64,000 bases of DNA from Peribolospora baueri (taxonomy: Eukaryota), in the NCBI GenBank assembly GCA_029717555.1, contig JAMDHS010000031.1:1-64000 (forward strand), given 5' to 3'. Below the pieces are notes generated by a model that saw only the letters and a program-made list of their open reading frames with translations, was not told where the DNA came from and ran no database searches. Positions 10,082 through 23,084 of this stretch are shown here, piece by piece. Made by a program: the position numbers and the translations under genes. The number at the start of each line of letters is the position of its first letter. Position 1 is the first letter of the stretch.

Positions 10082-12946
10082 TTAACCGTTGTTGTTGGTG
10101 AGGACTGTGGAGCGGCAAAGAATCATGACAACGAAGCCGCATGGACGTGAGCAGCGATGACACGAGGGCGGCGCACACCTGGATTCCGTCGAGACTCACT
10201 GGCAGAGGCAAGCACATCCAAGGCGGGCAGCTGGCTCCAGGGGTAGACAGCGTCGTAAGGGCCGTGCCAGTCGACGCCGTACGAAGTAGGGTGGCCGGGG
10301 TTGTCGGAGTCCTTGTCGGTAAGGGCACGGAATTGTACCTACAAGGGGCGTGATGCGTTCATACAGAAAGGTCAAGAGGTCAGTCAGAGACACGGGACGA
10401 CACGTCATTTTCCGGATTCCTCGAAAAGCCGACGCGGCCCGCATTACGGGCACCACCTTTAACGACCTCGATGTTAACCTAAACGATTTACCAACGATAC
10501 TCACGTCGACGTAGGAGTGAATCAGAGTCTGAAGATCCGTGTTGCCGTCGCTGAATTTGTAGAGGATCGCGAGAGCCCTGACCCAGACTGGGGATGGCAC
10601 GCGAGAAAGCGAAGAGAGCCAGTGCAACACCGAGAAAACAATGAAGACAAGAAGGCGGGTTACGTAGTGAGCAGCGTGATGCACGAGCTTCGGTATCGGT
10701 AACATAAAAATTCATCGTCGAGAGTGGTAATGTAGACCGCTTCAGTGCGCCTTTATTACTCACTGCCCTTGAAGAAGCGGCCGTCGTTGTTGCTGTTGTG
10801 CGGGGTACCCTGACCCTCGGTGATGATGCCGTCACTCCCTGAGTGGTCAATTAAATGGAGGTAGACGACGATATGTCAGTCACAAGGACGAGACGGCTAG
10901 AGAAGGGAGAAAAGAAACCGATGAAAAGGACGCACCCTGGAAGTACGAAGTGGTCTTCATGGCGCTGGCCGCAATGTTGATCGCACTAACATCCGAAGGA
11001 AGGAAAGGAGGTCACGACCGTCAGCCGACGTCCTTGGCAGAGAAAATCGAGGAGGGAAAAGAACTGCGAGCGGTCATAGCTACCGCCGTTTCATCCACGA
11101 GTACTCACTCGTTCATCCAGCTATTGTCGCCCGTCACCTTGCTGAGGATACCCGCGGCGGCAACGTACATGCCTTGGTTGTACTACGGGGGGAGGAACAA
11201 AACAGAATGTCGCGTCAGCACATCTACGTCTACCGCACCACTTCCTCCGAACTTTGATCCCTGGCTGCTTCGACGGGTAACGCGGAAAGAAACGCTCACC
11301 GTGTAGTACTGATGCGCAGCGACGCCGCAGTTCGAAGACCCCATGCCGTCGGTGAGGAGGTTGTCCGTCTGGTTGACCATGTGCGCGTTCAACCAGGTCA
11401 CCGACGTCTTCGCCGCGTCCGTGTACTTGGAGTCCTTGGTGAGGAGGGCGAGCCAGGCAGAGAGGCTGCGGTGAAGGCAAATAAGATTGCGTGAAGGTGA
11501 ATACGAAAGAAGGTTTGATTACCACTTGGCCACAGTGTGAGACAGAATCGAGTGACTCACTGAGAGTAAAGGCTACAGGACGGAGGAAGAAGAAGATAAA
11601 GGAGTGGTGAGCGCGGAGGGCCGCAGTGAAATTGGCGCGACGCTACAAGGATGCTCACCCGGTGGTAATGCTGTTCACGTAGTCGTTGTTCTGGTTCGTG
11701 GTCCAGAACGCGCCGCCGGCCATGGTCTTGCCGTTGCAGACGCCCTTGATGGCACCCTTGCCAGGGAAGACGTTGGCAGAGGCATCAGCGGCAGTAATGA
11801 CCCTGCGTAGGGAAAAGGGAGGAGTCAATGACGGAAAATGGCTGCGATTGTGCTCCGATGGAGATACCTACCACTTGGTGCCCTCTTGCTGTAAAGCGAA
11901 CCCGGAGAACGAACATGTCAGTTGCGTCGACGTAGGGCGAATAACGTTATGACAAAAAGTTCTCCGCTCACCCAGTTGGCGATGGCTTCGTTCAAGAACT
12001 CCTTGTCACCGTACGCATTGTAAGCGTAGATAGCGGCGAGACCCCACCTAACGGAGGCAGCATACGGAAGAAGGAGAACAAAATGAGGCGGAGATCTTCA
12101 ACATTACAGGTTCTCAACGTCGAAGGCGGAAGCTCGGCAACCCACCACATAAGGTCGTCGTTGTAGGCGTTTGCACGGAAAGAGGGGTTCTTAGCGAAGA
12201 CAGTCTTGCTGTGGTGATCCGAATGAAGTGGAAGAGTAAGGCAAAAGACGAACAGCGACGAACGCATATAGTCACACAAGTGTGTCAGCGTTTCCCTTCA
12301 TTGGCTCTTTGCTCACGCGGCGGAGAGACGAGTGATTGAAAGATATGCAAGGACGAGCAGGGGGATAGAGGGGAGAAATAAATCCAAAGAGGGACTCACA
12401 TGCCCGAGGACACGGCGTTCTGGTTGGTCTTGTTGTTGGCCCAGTAGTCAACCAACGCCACAGCGGAGAAAGTGTTGGCCGAACTGTGAAAGGGGGGGAA
12501 GCGGTTCATCAGGATCAAGTTCGACGGCATGTTTACTCGCGCTAGGATCGAGAAAAAGGAATTCGACGGCAAGGCGCCCCGAGGGGAGACTCACGGCCAG
12601 TAGTTCATTTGGCCAACATTGTCCGGGCCGCCATCGTTCACGTACGTCAACATCTTGGCCGCACCTGCCTCGGCGATTTCAATCCTTCCCGCCTTCTTAA
12701 TTGGGGTATCATCGTTCTGATGATGGGGAATGGGGTTGAGAGGCGAAAAAAAGGGTCCGTCGATCCGAACGCCGGTCGGAGCGAAGGCTGATCTGATCCA
12801 CTTACCTTCCACGACAACGGCACGCCGAGGTCGACACGCTTGGCCAGGCGCGACCTCTGGCTGTGGGTGCGAGAGTGGGCCTGGACGGCAGAGGGGAGGA
12901 AGGAGGCGGCGGCCAGGAGAGATGTGGCGATCTGAAGCGTCAACAT
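10082..12946 (-). CDS. Secreted glycoside hydrolase family 76 (alpha-1,6-mannanase-like), many exons
   Basis: Signal peptide MLTLQIATSLLAAASFLPSAVQA and a KR propeptide site. YNDD-x-x-WW catalytic motif, NSITTGLY, DGIITEG...NNDGRFFKG, SYVDVQF...WHGP, ending ILTNNNG* at 10082. Confidence 0.85.
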
Positions 12947-14543
12947 CGTCGCGAGTCGCTGCGAAACGAAAGTGAGGGACGAAGAGTAGAGAGAGAGAGA
13001 TAGGAAGGAAAGAGACGCGGGGAGAAGAGAGAGATGGAGAAAAGAAGAGAGAGGTGGAGAAAAGGCGATGGACGCCATTCTGGCGGTGAGCATGGTCAGG
13101 TTTTATGGCACTTTCTTTCTCTCAACATCCTCCTCCACGCCCAACCATTCCGTTCCATTGACTCCATGTCGGCGCAAGGCGACGGTGCAGGAGCCGGGGC
13201 CAAGCAAGCGCTTGCCGTGCCTGGACGAAGTGGCACCGACAGGGAGGATCGCTAGCCGGCGTCGGACGGGGTCATGGGGTAAACGTTTGCCCAAGCGTGG
13301 AGAAAAGGCAGGAAGAACCTCGTGATGCGGGCGCGGTGTCCGAACGTTGAAGCCGTCCCAGTCGGTGTGCAAAGTCTCCACCCGTTCCCGGCGTCCACGC
13401 CCAAGACCGCCAACGATCGGGCGCCAACGCGATCCGCAACAGTCGTCCCGTTTCATCGCACCGCGGATGGCGGTGGCACTCCGCCGACATCCCAAGTCGA
13501 GCGAGTGGACCGGACGCCGAGGGTCGGATGTTGGCACGGGACCAGCCGACGCCCCCTACGTAAGTAACGTCGTCCAGAGAGCCATTGTCGTCGGTCTGTG
13601 ATTGCGAGGCCACGCTCGGCGGCGCACACACAACCACTCTCGTCCCGTTTGCGGGAGCGGCGTTATTGATCCGTCCTATGCCCCGACCCATTAGACCCAT
13701 TACTGTGCGAGCTGACAGCCGTATAGCCGTCGCGGAGGGGACGACGCCACCTCGACCCATCACCGGTATATGTACACACATGATGGATGCCTCACCAGTG
13801 GCCTCGCAAGGTGGAGCGCAAGCCGGCCGCCGCAGCAAGCCAAAGGCCGGCCCCCCCCCTCTTGGTCCTCTTGGTCAATTTCCATGGTAGGGGACGCCGG
13901 CAGAACTGTTGCAATGGCTGCTGTTCGAGCATGCTTCATGAAGCATACTCTTTCATTCACGTCTAAAAACGACCCTGCCATCCTCACCTCGAAGATGTGG
14001 CCCGAGGACGAGAGATGCGCAGGAAAGCGAGCACGTGCTCGGGCAAGATTGTCTTGATCCCCACGAACAACCACTCTATGCGCTAGTATGATACGGGTTT
14101 GTGTGGGACGTCCTTCACCACACTCCGCCGTCCGGTTGGCTCCTGTCTGGCTCAGAATCAGTCTCTACTTTTCTCTGGAATGAGACCGGTTGCGAGACAG
14201 ATCCCAAGGGAGTCGTCCCTACCCCACGATCCGATCAGTCCCTGCCCTGCCCACAACGACTACCACGCAGGCTTCCGACTCTATAGTGTGAGCAGAGGGT
14301 TAGCTACCTCTAGCATCACCTCTAGACGCTGCTTCTCCAACAACGTTTGAATACAGGGGAGAACAATGAGATAGAATGAGCACCGCGCTTCATGCCTCGA
14401 CAACTAGCTTAGTCAGCGATCATTGACTGCGGCGACGAAGGTGTTGGCAGCAACGACGACCGCGGAGCTCCAGCGCTTCTGGACCAGAAGTCTACCGTGT
14501 TCTCCTGTCGACAGGTCGGCGTCCTCGAGCACAAGGAAGGGAC

Positions 14544-17500
14544 ATGTTCGTCTTGCGAGCGTTGTGCACACTCGCTCTCGCCGCGGTTGGCGCTTTGTTG
14601 AGCGTCCACGCCGCCGGGACGAGCGCGCCCTCACCACCGGTTAACGTGCGCTTGAGGACGAGTTGGGCGGCACCTCCGCTGCTGCTCGAGATCCTGTGAG
14701 AATGACCATGCCGCTTCTCAGATATTGTCCGCTTTCATGCTTGTGCGATGATAAGGCCTGTCTAACCCTCGTCGTCATTCGTTCGCTATCCAGAGAATCG
14801 GCATACGCCGAAGACGAGCACTCCTTCCTCCCCCTCCTCACCAATCTCACATCGCCTTCCACTGCCCCGTACGCTCTCACGGACGCACAGCTCTACTCTA
14901 AAGCCCTGTCCACTCTTTCTGCGGAGGATCTGCGCTTTGATCCGGTCACTATAGACGCATTCAATGTTTCCCTATCCCTACACGCCGTCAGTCCCAAAAT
15001 AGAGGCGTTCTACCAGTTCTACGATACGAGCGTCAATGCGAGCTTGGGCGGATTCACGACTGAGGATGGTGAAAGGGTTGGGGAGGGTGATTGTAGAACA
15101 TGGGCGGAGTGGGATGGTATGGCATTTTGCTCGCCGAAGAAGCTCGAGCAAGCTGTCGCCGGCCAAGGCCGGGGCGCGAAGCTCCCGTAAGCTATTGTTC
15201 CACTTGACGACAAGGTTCCTTCGGCCTTTCTCTCTGATTTCTTACGTTTTGCTGCGTTTCTCCTTCACAGAAAAGACTCGGCGAAGCTCCTCCCTTTCGA
15301 TCACATTGAACCAGCGCCGCTCCCGACGTCACCATCCCCCACGTCTCCCTCGTTGGTCATTCTCTATGGGGACCCACTGATGCCGAAATTCCACGACTTC
15401 CACCTGAGCGCGCTGTCTCTCGTTTCCAAAGATGCCTCTTTGCACTATGTTCTTCGTTATGTTCCCCCAGAGAGCCACCACGATCTTCGAGCTCCTCGGA
15501 ATGTCCTGACCGGGTATGGAGCAGCGTTGGACCTCAAAAAGGTGGACTATCTCGTAATTGACGACCGAAAGCTCAAGGCCGGCGTGGTCGATGGCGAAGT
15601 TGAAGGAGCGGTCGATACCCACAAGGACTTGCGCCACGCGCTTTTGTTTGACGATGAGCCGCTCGAAGGGGAGGAGCAGCTGCCGCTCACCGACGAAGAT
15701 CTGAGCGGTGCGTCGCCCTCATCACTTCGTTCACGACGCGGCCACCGCCCTCATCGTGTTTCCATTGTCTTCCCTCCTTTCAATCGTCTCCAGATATCGG
15801 CATAAAGGCAGCATCGCTCCTGAAGCGCTCACCGGATCCGCTGGCCGGCCTCGTCGACCTCTCCCAAAACTTCCCACGCCATGCCATCTCTTTGGCGCGA
15901 CGTACGCGCGTCGACAAAGATGTACGAGATGAGATTGTCCGTATACAGGCTGTCGCCGACGGCACTCCTGCCAAGTTGATCGGTGGGCAGCATTCGTTCT
16001 GGTTGAACGGCAAAAAGATCGACGAAAAGGAACTGGACCCTTTCAAGTAAGTTCCCTGCTTATTCAGCTTCCTCGCCTTATGCGAATTCGTGAGCAAAAA
16101 CTCCACGCTCATGCTTGGCGTGCTCCTTCCATTAGACTCCTTTCGCATCTACGCGGAGAGCGCAATCTCGTATCCTCACTGGTCTCCCTGGGTCTGTCGC
16201 CTCGTGAAGCTGTACACCTCCTCTCGGAGGAGGACATAGGCAACGCGCATTCCGCAGACGACCCCTTGGAAGGAATGTTCGATGCCTCCGATCGTATCGA
16301 GGGCGGCGGCGCCATCACCTGGTGGAACGACCTCGAGAATGACTCTCGCTACCGCCGTTGGCCCTCCGGCCTGGGGGCCCTCCTCCGACCTCCGCTGCCC
16401 GGTCCATTTCATTCAATCAAGCAGAATATCTTCAACATCGTCTTCGCATTAGACCTCTCCAGCCGAAAGAGTTGTAGGTTTATTGCTGAGACCGTCGCTC
16501 AGAACGTGCAGAGAGGCATGGGTGTTCATTTCGGGATCGTGCCAATCGGGTTAGATGACCCTGAGGGTAAGCCCCCCATTCCACGCTTCTAGGTGACAGG
16601 CCTTCTTGTCTATTAGACGGACAGCTGAAGTGCAGAACATCTCACGTTTTTTCGCGCATCCGCGCCCGCAGCTCGGCGAGCCGCTCGGCTTTTCTGGTAC
16701 CTCCTCGGGTCCCATGGAGAGTTGGAGACGGCTCGTTTCCTCTCTCGCCTAGGGTACGCCCGTACGCCTTCTCATCGAGTGGACGTGTCCCTCATTCGGA
16801 GTGAGCTCGAGCGACTCCTGCTTCACTCACCCGCGTCTCCTGCGTCTCCGCGTGGAGCAAAGGAGGACAGGAGTGAGGCGCATAGGGGGGAGGTCGCGAG
16901 GAAGGAGGTCGATAAGCTCATGGAGGAGGTCATCACCACGGAGGACGTCAGCGAGAAGGAGATCAAAGCTAAAGCGTACACCAAGAGGTTAGGCGTGGAC
17001 CTGCCCAGCAATCCCAATGGTTTCATGTTTGTCAACGGCAAGCCGTTCCCTTTGACCGATGTGAGTACATACGCTTCTTCATCCAAGCCTCTTTCGTCCA
17101 TCTCCGTCTAGGACGGGATCCCTAATCATGTCTGTGCCGATCACTGCCATCTTTAGAACTGGCCCATGAGCCTTCAGCAGAGCTTGCTTCAACAGACCAA
17201 CCATTTGCAAAGAAAGGTTGGTCCTCTTCCTTCTTTTAATAGCCCTAGTACAGGACTTCTGCTCATCGAAGTTTGCGTCTGGCGGCTCCAGGTGTTTGAG
17301 GGTGTCTTACAGGACTCGTCGAACGCGTCGACGTACTTTTACGATCTACCTACGACTTACGTCCGTCGTTCGTCAGTCGTCTTTCCCGACTCCGAGGCAA
17401 ACCCGCTCAAAGTCCTCAACCTTATGGCAGCGTTTAAACATCTGGATGATGAGGGGAACAAGCTCACGCAGCGGTTTGTCTACAAAGGTGAGTTGGTCAT

Positions 17501-20500
17501 CAGACTCGTACCGAACCTGCCCGTTTACTTAGGTTTGCTCTACTTTTGTCGCTCAGACGACGAGTCTAGGCCTGAGATGACGGTTTGGGTTATCGGTGAC
17601 ATGGATAGCCCTGGTGGGGCTACCGTCCTGAGAGAAACACTTTTGGCCATGGTGAGTAATACTCACTTTAGGAGCTCCATCAGCCCCGAGTTTGTCCTGT
17701 GCTTACCCCGGAAATGCAATGAACCCTCCATTCTTCAGGACGACAAGTTTCCATTTCAATTCAGGGTCGGAATCGTCCATCAGCCTTCGTCGTCCGCTTC
17801 ACTCCCTGCCAGATCCAGGAGCTCTCTCTCCTCGCACATTTTCAAGCTCCTCGTCTCACCTACCGCGGCTCCCACCCTCCGTCCGAGCGACTTGCTAAAC
17901 CACACAGCTTTGTCGGGAGACTCCCATCAAGAGAGCACGACGGAAGCCAGTGAGCAGGTCGTCTTTCAAGAAGCCACCGACTCGAACGACGTTCAGGCGG
18001 AACGCTTCTGGCAAAGTTACGGTCGCAAGTTCGCTGGAGTCATCGGTATCCGGGAAGGGAACGTGGGTTTCCTGGTCAACGGCCGAGTGTTAGATTCTGT
18101 CGACCCGGAGGACTGGAGCGTGCATGACTTTGAAGCGTTGTTAGCGTATGAGACTAATAAGAGGGTCCGTCCGGTCCTCGACGCACTTGAACGAGTTTAC
18201 CCCGACCCTAAAGTCTTTGACCGGTGAGCAACTCTCTTTTCAATTGTCACGGTCTCTATCAGCTAATTTATTGACTCTGTTTTTTTTTTTTGGGCAGCGA
18301 TAACTGGTGCCGAGTTGCTACTCTGGTATCATCTGTGGTAGCGGAAGCCTACGAGCCGCCAAAACCTGGTCTCTTCATCCTGCCGGCTTTGTCCCGCAAT
18401 CGCGCTTATGAGAAAATAGAAGCCAACCATACGTAAGTGGGCAGGATCCGATTCGGTCGGATTGTTCGCCTCTGACCGCCTGGTTATTCTCCTTGACAGG
18501 GCGTTCGAACTCGGCAACCCGGAGACGGCGCTCTTCCACTGCACTTTCGTCGTTGACCCGCTTTCGGAACTTGTACAAAAGTGGTCCTCTATCATGCAGC
18601 TTCTGGCGGGCATGGAAAGAACTTACGTCAAGGTCATCCTCAACCCGACACCGAACCACAATGATCATCCGATCAAACGGTTTTATCGCTTCCACGCCAG
18701 GCCACAGCTCGAGTTCCTCGAGAGCGGGTAAGAAATACGAACGGCTAGTTTGATTTTCTTCATGCGCACTCATATATTCTCCATTTGCCTTGCTTTCGGC
18801 CGACAGATCCGAAAAGCCCGCTACGATCAGTTTCGTGGGAATGCCGGAAGATGCCGTGCTTACGTTAGGCCTTGAGACCCCGGCGCCATGGCTAGTCATG
18901 CCTGAAGAGGCCATTTACGATCTCGACAACATTCGGCTGAAGGACCTCGACGAGGGCGCTCGAAAGGTTGGCGTAAATGCAGTGTACGAACTGAAGCATG
19001 TGCTCGTGGAAGGTTCGTGCCCATCCGCTTGTGGTAAATCGTACATGGCAGGAACCTGACCGACGATAACTTGCATCTGTCAAGGCCACGCGAGGGACGT
19101 CGTCAAGAAAGAAGTGCCGAGGGGCATGGAACTGATTCTCGCTACCAAAGATCACAGTCATGTCCTAGACACCATCGTCAAAGCCAATCTAGGCTACTTC
19201 CAGTTCAAGGCGAATCCCGGCCTGTGGCAACTGCACATTCGCGGTCAAGGCGTCAGTCGCGCCGTGTACGAATTGGAAAGCGTCGGCAATCAAGGCTGGG
19301 AAAGCCCGCCTATCAATGTAACCGGTCACGATGTTACAGTGACCAGCTTCCAGGGCCTAACAATATACCCAAAGTTCACGAGGAAAGCCGGGATGGAAGA
19401 GGCTGACGTTCTGGAAATCGCAAAGACGGACGACTTTAGTCCCAAAGGATTAGCCAATAAAGTTATGTCATTGTGAGTGTTGCCTCGTGATCGTGCTCCG
19501 CAAGACTTCGTCTCACGTCTTTTTTCCACGAGCATCTCAGGTTCTCTTCACTTACCGGAGGAAAGGACAATAAGGCAGCGCCCGAAGCCGTGGCATCAGG
19601 GAAAAAGGCTGACATCAACGTCTTCACGATCGCTTCGGGCCATCTTTACGAGGTAAGCCTAGTCGTCAACGGGCTTCGAGATCAGACACCACGAGAGAAC
19701 ATTGATGGTTACAATTTTGATTATAGCGTATGACCTACATTATGATTCTCAGCGTTTTGCGCAACGCCAAGAGCAGCGTCAAGTTCTGGTTCATCGAGAA
19801 CTTTTTGGTAGGTAGCGCCAAAACTGTTATCGCGAGACACAGGTGAATTGATATCCTACGTGTTCCCTTGCTGCAGTCGCCGTCTTTCAAAGCGTTCATA
19901 CCACATCTGGCCGCGGAGTACGGGTTTGACTATGAATTGATCACGTACGCTTGGCCGCATTGGCTGCGTGCGCAGAAGGAGAAGCAACGTACCATTTGGG
20001 CGTAAGTTGCACAACAATCGCCTTCGCTCTGGTGGTACCGTGACTGACATAGCTGTTTTATAGATACAAAATTCTCTTTTTGGACGTCTTGTTCCCGCTT
20101 GGGCTTGACAAGGTCATTTTCGTAGACGCAGATCAGGTGAGTCATGTGTGCCGCAAAAGCCGGTACAATGACGCAGAAGCTGACAGTTCGAACACTCACT
20201 CTAGGTGGTGCGCGCCGACCTGAAAGAGCTGGTAGATTTGGATCTGAAAGGAGCACCATACGGTCAGTTCACGATTAGGCTGCTTTTCTCCCACATTTGA
20301 CTGACATTTCATCCGATAACTGACCATCCATAGCATATCCACCAATGGGCGATGACCGCGAGGAAATGGAAGGATTCCGCTTTTGGAAAACCGGTTACTG
20401 GCAGCAATTCCTTCGTGGGCGGCCATATCACATTTCGTGAGTTGAGGTTAGCCTCACGTCTTCTTCACGCCAATTGAGCTGACCATGTAGGATGTCACAG

Positions 20501-21251
20501 CGCCCTTTACGTCGTGGATTTGGACCGCTTCCGCAAGATTGCGGCCGGTGATCGTCTTCGGGGTGAGCTTTCCACTTCTCCTTGGAGCCATAAGCAGATT
20601 GCTGAAATGCTCATGTGTCATATGTGTAGGTCAATACCAAGCGCTTTCGGCGGACCCCAACTCGCTCGCCAATTTGGACCAAGGTGAGCTCCTACGGTCC
20701 AGGCTCCCAGGACTGCAGCTCAAACGGAAATTTCGTGACGCCCCTCTGCGGCCCCAGACCTCCCGAACAACATGCAGTTCCAGATTCCCATCCGGACTTT
20801 GGATAAATCGTGGCTATGGTGCGAGACCTGGTGTTCTGATGAAAGCCTCAAGGACGCGAAGGTGGGTAAAGCAAGAACGGACATGGCTGTACAAGCCGTC
20901 TGGTCGCTGATCGTTGGTACATGTCTCCCACTTTCCCCTCCCATCCCTATCTCAGACCATCGACCTTTGTAGCAACGTGAGTGACAGAGGGGAGACGATT
21001 TCATGGCTGTCGTTCTGAACTTAACACGCCTTGTGTTGCCGCCCCCACAGCCGAAGACGCACGAGCCAAAGCTCGATCGTGCCCGGAGACAGGTGGCCGA
21101 GTGGACTGAGCTGGACGACGAAGTCGCGGCTCTTGCACGGAGGGTAGCCGAGGCGGAAGAGCAGAAGCGCAACGAGGCACGACTGACTTCGATGCCTAGC
21201 ACCAATCACACTCCATCAGCCACCGAGAGCGGCGCACACGATGAGCTGTAA
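14544..21251 (+). CDS. UGGT: UDP-glucose:glycoprotein glucosyltransferase (UGGT, GT24; Kre5/Gpt1 family)
   Basis: Signal peptide [77 protein letters not shown]...[22 protein letters not shown]-terminal HDEL*. Confidence 0.95.
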
Positions 21252-23084
21252 AATCTGCTTCCAGTTTTCATCGCAAAAATCACCATTTCACGGTCCAATT
21301 TGACGAAAATCCTAGTTAGACGTTCACCAAGAAAGCAGTTGAAGAAGACGGTACAGGATGGGTGAAGGGGGCCGTGAGCACGTCGTACTCCGAGCAATAG
21401 GAGAGATGACGAGAGTTGAAGGCCACGGCTGAACGCGTCCCACTTACGGCAGGCCGCGCCGCGCGACTCATTCACACTCGTCCCATCCTCGATAGGATCT
21501 GATGTCCCGCTTTGTTCGAGGAAAGTGCAAACGGCGTCGGCAGATCAGACCTGGTGGAGACATGGCCATAGTCCATCCCCACGTAATCTCTCACTTGATC
21601 TTGCAATCATTCTCCCTTTGATATACCCTTCGGGCTCAGCAGTGGTGGGTATGGCTCTTTTGCCGAATTCTCGACCTTCCGGAGGGAAACCGCGACGGGA
21701 AGGGGTGCGGCGACCGTCTCCCCATTTATTCGCCTCGTCTCCCGGAGCGAAAGCGCAGATGCTTTGAAAGATGGACAGGTCAGAGGATCGGGGCGTTTCG
21801 CTGATAGGAAGCGAGGCCTGCCCGAGACGGCGGCATTCATTCCGATGTCTCCTACTCTTTAACCACGTAGCGAACGGGATGAGATGGGCAGATCCCAATG
21901 TCCGTTCGTCCATTTCTGTCTACACGAAGTTCTTGACACGATGTTGAGGTGCTGGATCTCGCCTGCCGACATTCCCAAGCAAACAAGGACTTCCGGATCG
22001 CCCAGGCCCCCTCCAGCTCGAGCTTGACCGGCATTGGAAGGACGCGGGTGGGAAGAGCGACGGCGTCCTGTTGAGCAGACTCGTCTCGTCCCCTCTTTTC
22101 GCCCGTCGTCGGTCCCATGTTAAGCGAATATCCTTCGAACCTGCGTGCGCGGAAACGAGCTGCAATTGTCGGCCGACAGGGCGTGTCCATATACTGTATA
22201 TGATCGGGGACGACCACCTGACTGACTCCCCCGTCGGCGCGGTGCTCTGGCAGGAGACTGTAGAGCGGACACACGGCAAGCTGCGAACGTTGAAGCAGTC
22301 GAGCATGGTTATACCTGCCTGACCAACTAGGTAATCAGGAGAAGGAGCGCTCGAGACCAGGCCGCCGTTGGCGAGAGAGGGAGATGGATGCTTCTTGCTC
22401 GTCGCGCGGCTGTGCCGATGGCTCGCTACGAAAATAAGTCGATTGACCAGCACAGCATTTCGCCATCGTCGCTATCGCTTCGCCGTCGTCCGTCTTCTCT
22501 CCCCTCCACCAAGTCCCTCTCACCTCTGTCATCGCTCGCCCGCAACACTTACCGAACGTACACGCAACGTCCCCACCTCTCGCGCGGGACAGCGACAGTG
22601 TCATAAAGAGCCCCAAGAACAGGTGAGAAATCCCTCGTATCGGTCTCCCAACGTCCCTACTCTCGCCTGCTCATCGGTTAGCTATGGTATAGCTTACGGC
22701 GCCAGCATCGTCCTCCTTCGTCTCCCTCCGTATCGCTCTACACTTGTCTTGTTACAGTAACCGCTTGGTGGCACCTCTTTCTGTCCGGTCTCGGAAAACG
22801 TTGAGCAAACACTGCAGCACAAGGGCGTTTCAAGTCGAAGGGCCGGCAGCTTTGCGTCGCTCTTCCTTTCGATCGATCGCGAAGCCAGTCTTAGCCCGTC
22901 CGTTTTGTCCTCGAGTCCCTTCTTTTCCCATCCCCCATCCTTGCCAGCCGGCGTCTGCGCTTGTGAAAACCTCTGTTACTTCCTAGGCCCCGTCAACAAG
23001 AACATTCGTCGCCCTTTTCTTCCCCGTCGTCGAGCTCGGCCCTGATCACCTGCAGAGCCCCCAACTTCGTCTCATGTGCTCGCC

